DNA from: the human T2T-CHM13v2.0 reference genome, Homo sapiens
Reading direction: 5' to 3' (one strand)
Assembly: GCF_009914755.1 (NCBI RefSeq)
Contig: NC_060941.1
Length of the DNA: 64,000 bases
The notes below the pieces were generated by a model, which saw only the letters and a list, made by a program, of their open reading frames with translations, was not told the origin of the DNA and searched no databases. Shown piece after piece: positions 60,784 through 64,000 of the stretch; the first letter of the stretch is position 1, and each line of letters opens with the position of its first letter. Made by a program: the position numbers and the translations under genes.

Positions 60784-61552
60784 GGCCAGGTGCCGTGACT
60801 CAGGCCTGTAATCCCAGCACTTTGGGAGGCCAAGGCAGGAGGATTACTTGAGCTCAGGAGTTTGAGGCCAGCCTGGGCAACATCGTGAGACCCCTGTCTC
60901 TACAAAAAATGTAAAAAAGAATTAGCTGGATCTGGTGGTGCATGCCTATAGTCTCAGCTTCCAGGGAGGCTGAGGTAGGAGGATCACTTGATCCAGGGGT
61001 GTGGAGGCTGCAGAGAGCCGAGATTGTGCCATTGCATTCCAGCCTGGGTGACAGAGTGAGACCTTGTCTCTATAAAAAAGATAAAAAAGGCCAGGTGCGG
61101 TGGCTCATGCCTGTGATCCCAGCACTTTGGGAGGCCAAGGAAGGCGGATCGCTTAAGGTCAGGAGTTTGAGACCAGCCTGACCAACATGGTGAAACCCCT
61201 TCTCTACTGAAAATACAAAAATTTCCCGGTCATGGTAAAGCAAACCTGTAATCCCAGCTACTCTGGAGGCTGGATCGCTTGAACCTGGGAGGCGGAGGTT
61301 GCAGCCAGCCAAGATTGTGCCACTGCACTCCAGTCTGGATGACAGAGTGAGACTGTGTCTCAAAAAAGTTAAAAAAAAAATTAGCTGGGCATGATGGCAC
61401 ATGTCTATAGTCCCATCTACTTGGAAGGCTGAGACAGGAGGATCACTTGAGCCCAGGAGTTTGAGGCTGCAGTGAGCTGTGATTGTGCCACTGTACTCCA
61501 GCTGGATGACAGAGTGAGACCCTGTCTAAGAAACAAACAAACAAACAAAAAA
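60784..61552 (+). mobile_element. Alu cluster: AluJ (60784-61082), AluS (61089-61380), right monomer (61381-61552)
   Basis: Successive Alu bodies and tails. Confidence 0.92.
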
Positions 61553-61910
61553 ACTCCCAACATTGCCTTCCATGAGAGTTAAATAGAATAGTTTGTAAAT
61601 CAAAAGGTATACTTATGCAAGCAAAATAAGGGGACAAGATTAAATAACAATAATTAAACTTTATTAAGCAAGCACCTATTCTGAGCCAGACATCGCCTTA
61701 CTGAAAGCTCACAGTAACCCAGCAGGCAGACATTGTTAGTCTCACATCTTATAAGCAAAGAAACCTTGGTGCAGAGAAGGTATGCAATTTGCCACTGTCT
61801 CACAAGTACTGACAGAGGGGGATGGAGGCTCAAACATCTGTCTTCAAAGCCTTAATCTCACCCAAGTCAAGCGGGTGGACTGGTGGTTGAGGTGTGGCCA
61901 AGGAGGGTAA

Positions 61911-62207
<297 letters not shown>

Positions 62208-63174
62208 TAATGTTCTCACATAGTACAAAATTCAAAAGGTGCAAATGGGTCAGAGTGGAGAGTACATCTTGCTTCTTTTATTGTATAGCCTTCCAGAGAG
62301 AACTTATCTATGCCTAGTAGGCATATATGTGTTTATATATTTATATACATATTTAGATATTTAGATTGGTAGATGATAGATCATTTAAATTTTTTTTTGC
62401 AAAAACAGGTCCATACTAGCTGCACTTATTTCTAGGAAGCACTTTCCATCAGCCAGAGGTGAGCTCCCTGTGACAGGAGGCGTTTAGAGAGAGGTTGAGT
62501 AACTGCCTGGGGTGTTGCAGAAGGGAACCCACCATTGGAAGGGCTGGTCTGTGCTTCTAGCCGAGTGGTTCCTGAATCCTCTCTGTCGCTATGCTTTGCA
62601 GAGATAGAAATGAGGTGTGGGGAGGTAAAAAGGAAGTGACCTGTCCCACAGTGAATCTGCAGAAAAGCCAGTGAAGACCAGGTGGATGAAAATGAGGCTG
62701 GGGCCATGCCCATGGGGAGATGTTGGACGATGCTTGAGTGCAAGATGGCAGCAGGCCGGGAGAGGCCCAGAAGAGAACTCACCACGCCGTGGGGGTGAGT
62801 AGCGGGAGGGACAGCAGCATGTGCATCCCCCAAAGGCCTCCAGTTTGTTTGTAAAGTCTCAGGCAGGAATCTGCCCTTGTGATCCTGAGGCCTCATGTTT
62901 CAGGGCTCAAAGCTGGCCCTGGGGACAGGAGGTGGCAACTGGTGTCTGACCCCCTAAACCTGGTGCCTCCACTGATCAACAGACCAGATAAGGGACAGGT
63001 CACCCCCTGACCTTAGGGCCTTGAGGCCCAGGGCGGGGAGTGGGTGGTGGTGCTGCAGTTAGAGGATCCCATTCTCAGGACAGTAAACCCTCGAAAGAAC
63101 TTCTCACCCACTATTTTCCAAGCTTTAGTCACTTGCATTCTGCTTTCATAATGTTGACCATTTCCAAGTTCCCT

Positions 63175-64000
63175 TGTATTTTTAAACTTAAAATAAAGTG
63201 CATGTATCTTAAATGTACAGTTTCATCAGTTTTCACTTGCGTATTCACCCGTGCAGTCGGCCCCATCACAATACGAAATATTTTCAGCACCCAGAAGCCT
63301 CCCTCATAGCCCCTCCCACTCAGTGCCCCCCAAAAGTAACCATAGATTAGTTTTATGTGTTTGAACTTCCGATAAATTGACTCAACCAGAAGGTCCTCTT
63401 CTTTGTCATGCTTCCCTCATTCAACATCATATCTGTGAGCTTCACCCATGTTGTTGGGCAAGGCGATAGTTTTTCCTCATTCATGCTGCCTAGTACTCAG
63501 TGGTATGAGTACACCACAATGTATTTATCCATTCTCCTGTTGGTAGACATTTGAATTATTTCTGGTTTGAGGCTATTAAAAACAGTGCCACTGTGGACAG
63601 TCCTGTTCATGTATTTTGGTGGACACATGACCACATTTCTGTTGGGCACACATTTTGATGAATGGTCCACAATTATAATATCACACAGAATAGTTTCACT
63701 GCCTTAAAAATCCCCTGTTCATCCCTCTCCCCACCTCTCCAAACCCCTAGCCGCTACTGATCTTTTTACTATCTCAATAGTTTTGCTTTTTGCAAAATGC
63801 CATATAATTGGAATATAGCATGTGGTCTTTTAGACTGGCTTCTTTCACTTAACAATATCATCTTAGTTTGCCTACCATGCCCTACCATGTCCTCTCTACC
63901 CTACCCTACATGTCCTCTCATAGCTTGGTAGCTCCTTTCTTTTTAACACCAAATAATATTCCATTGTGTGGACTTACAACAGTTTGTTTATCCATTCACC
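63175..64000 (-). mobile_element. Old L1 (L1ME and L1MC/MD-type) 3' fragments
   Basis: aaataaagtgcatgtatcttaaatgtacagtt...tttatccattctcctgttggtagacatttg; cagaatagtttcactgccttaaaaatcccctgt. Confidence 0.8.

Overview
Primate, almost certainly human, genomic DNA. It is dense in Alu elements (about 30 copies or fragments, many with target-site duplications) and also holds old L1, L2, MIR, MaLR solo LTRs and MER DNA transposons. I find no credible protein-coding gene, processed pseudogene or structural RNA gene. The long ORFs in the track are Alu read-throughs, dead L1 ORF2 fragments or translations of TG-rich tandem repeats. The unique sequence has one orphan CpG island (~12.5-13.0 kb) and about ten short repeat-free blocks packed with developmental TF motifs, including a perfect OCT4-SOX2 composite and a back-to-back TCF/LEF pair with OTX-type sites. 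That pattern suggests a gene desert or large intron in the enhancer landscape of a developmental gene. I cannot name the locus from sequence alone. Structural oddities: a 57-bp VNTR, a ~40-bp L2-like degenerate array with a ~185-bp duplicated block, a 125-nt nested inverted repeat, and an inverted Alu-Alu junction that looks like a deletion scar. I cannot support a new biological system; the best leads are regulatory or structural and need conservation and functional data. Repeat subfamily names are from recognition by eye and should be confirmed with RepeatMasker/Dfam.
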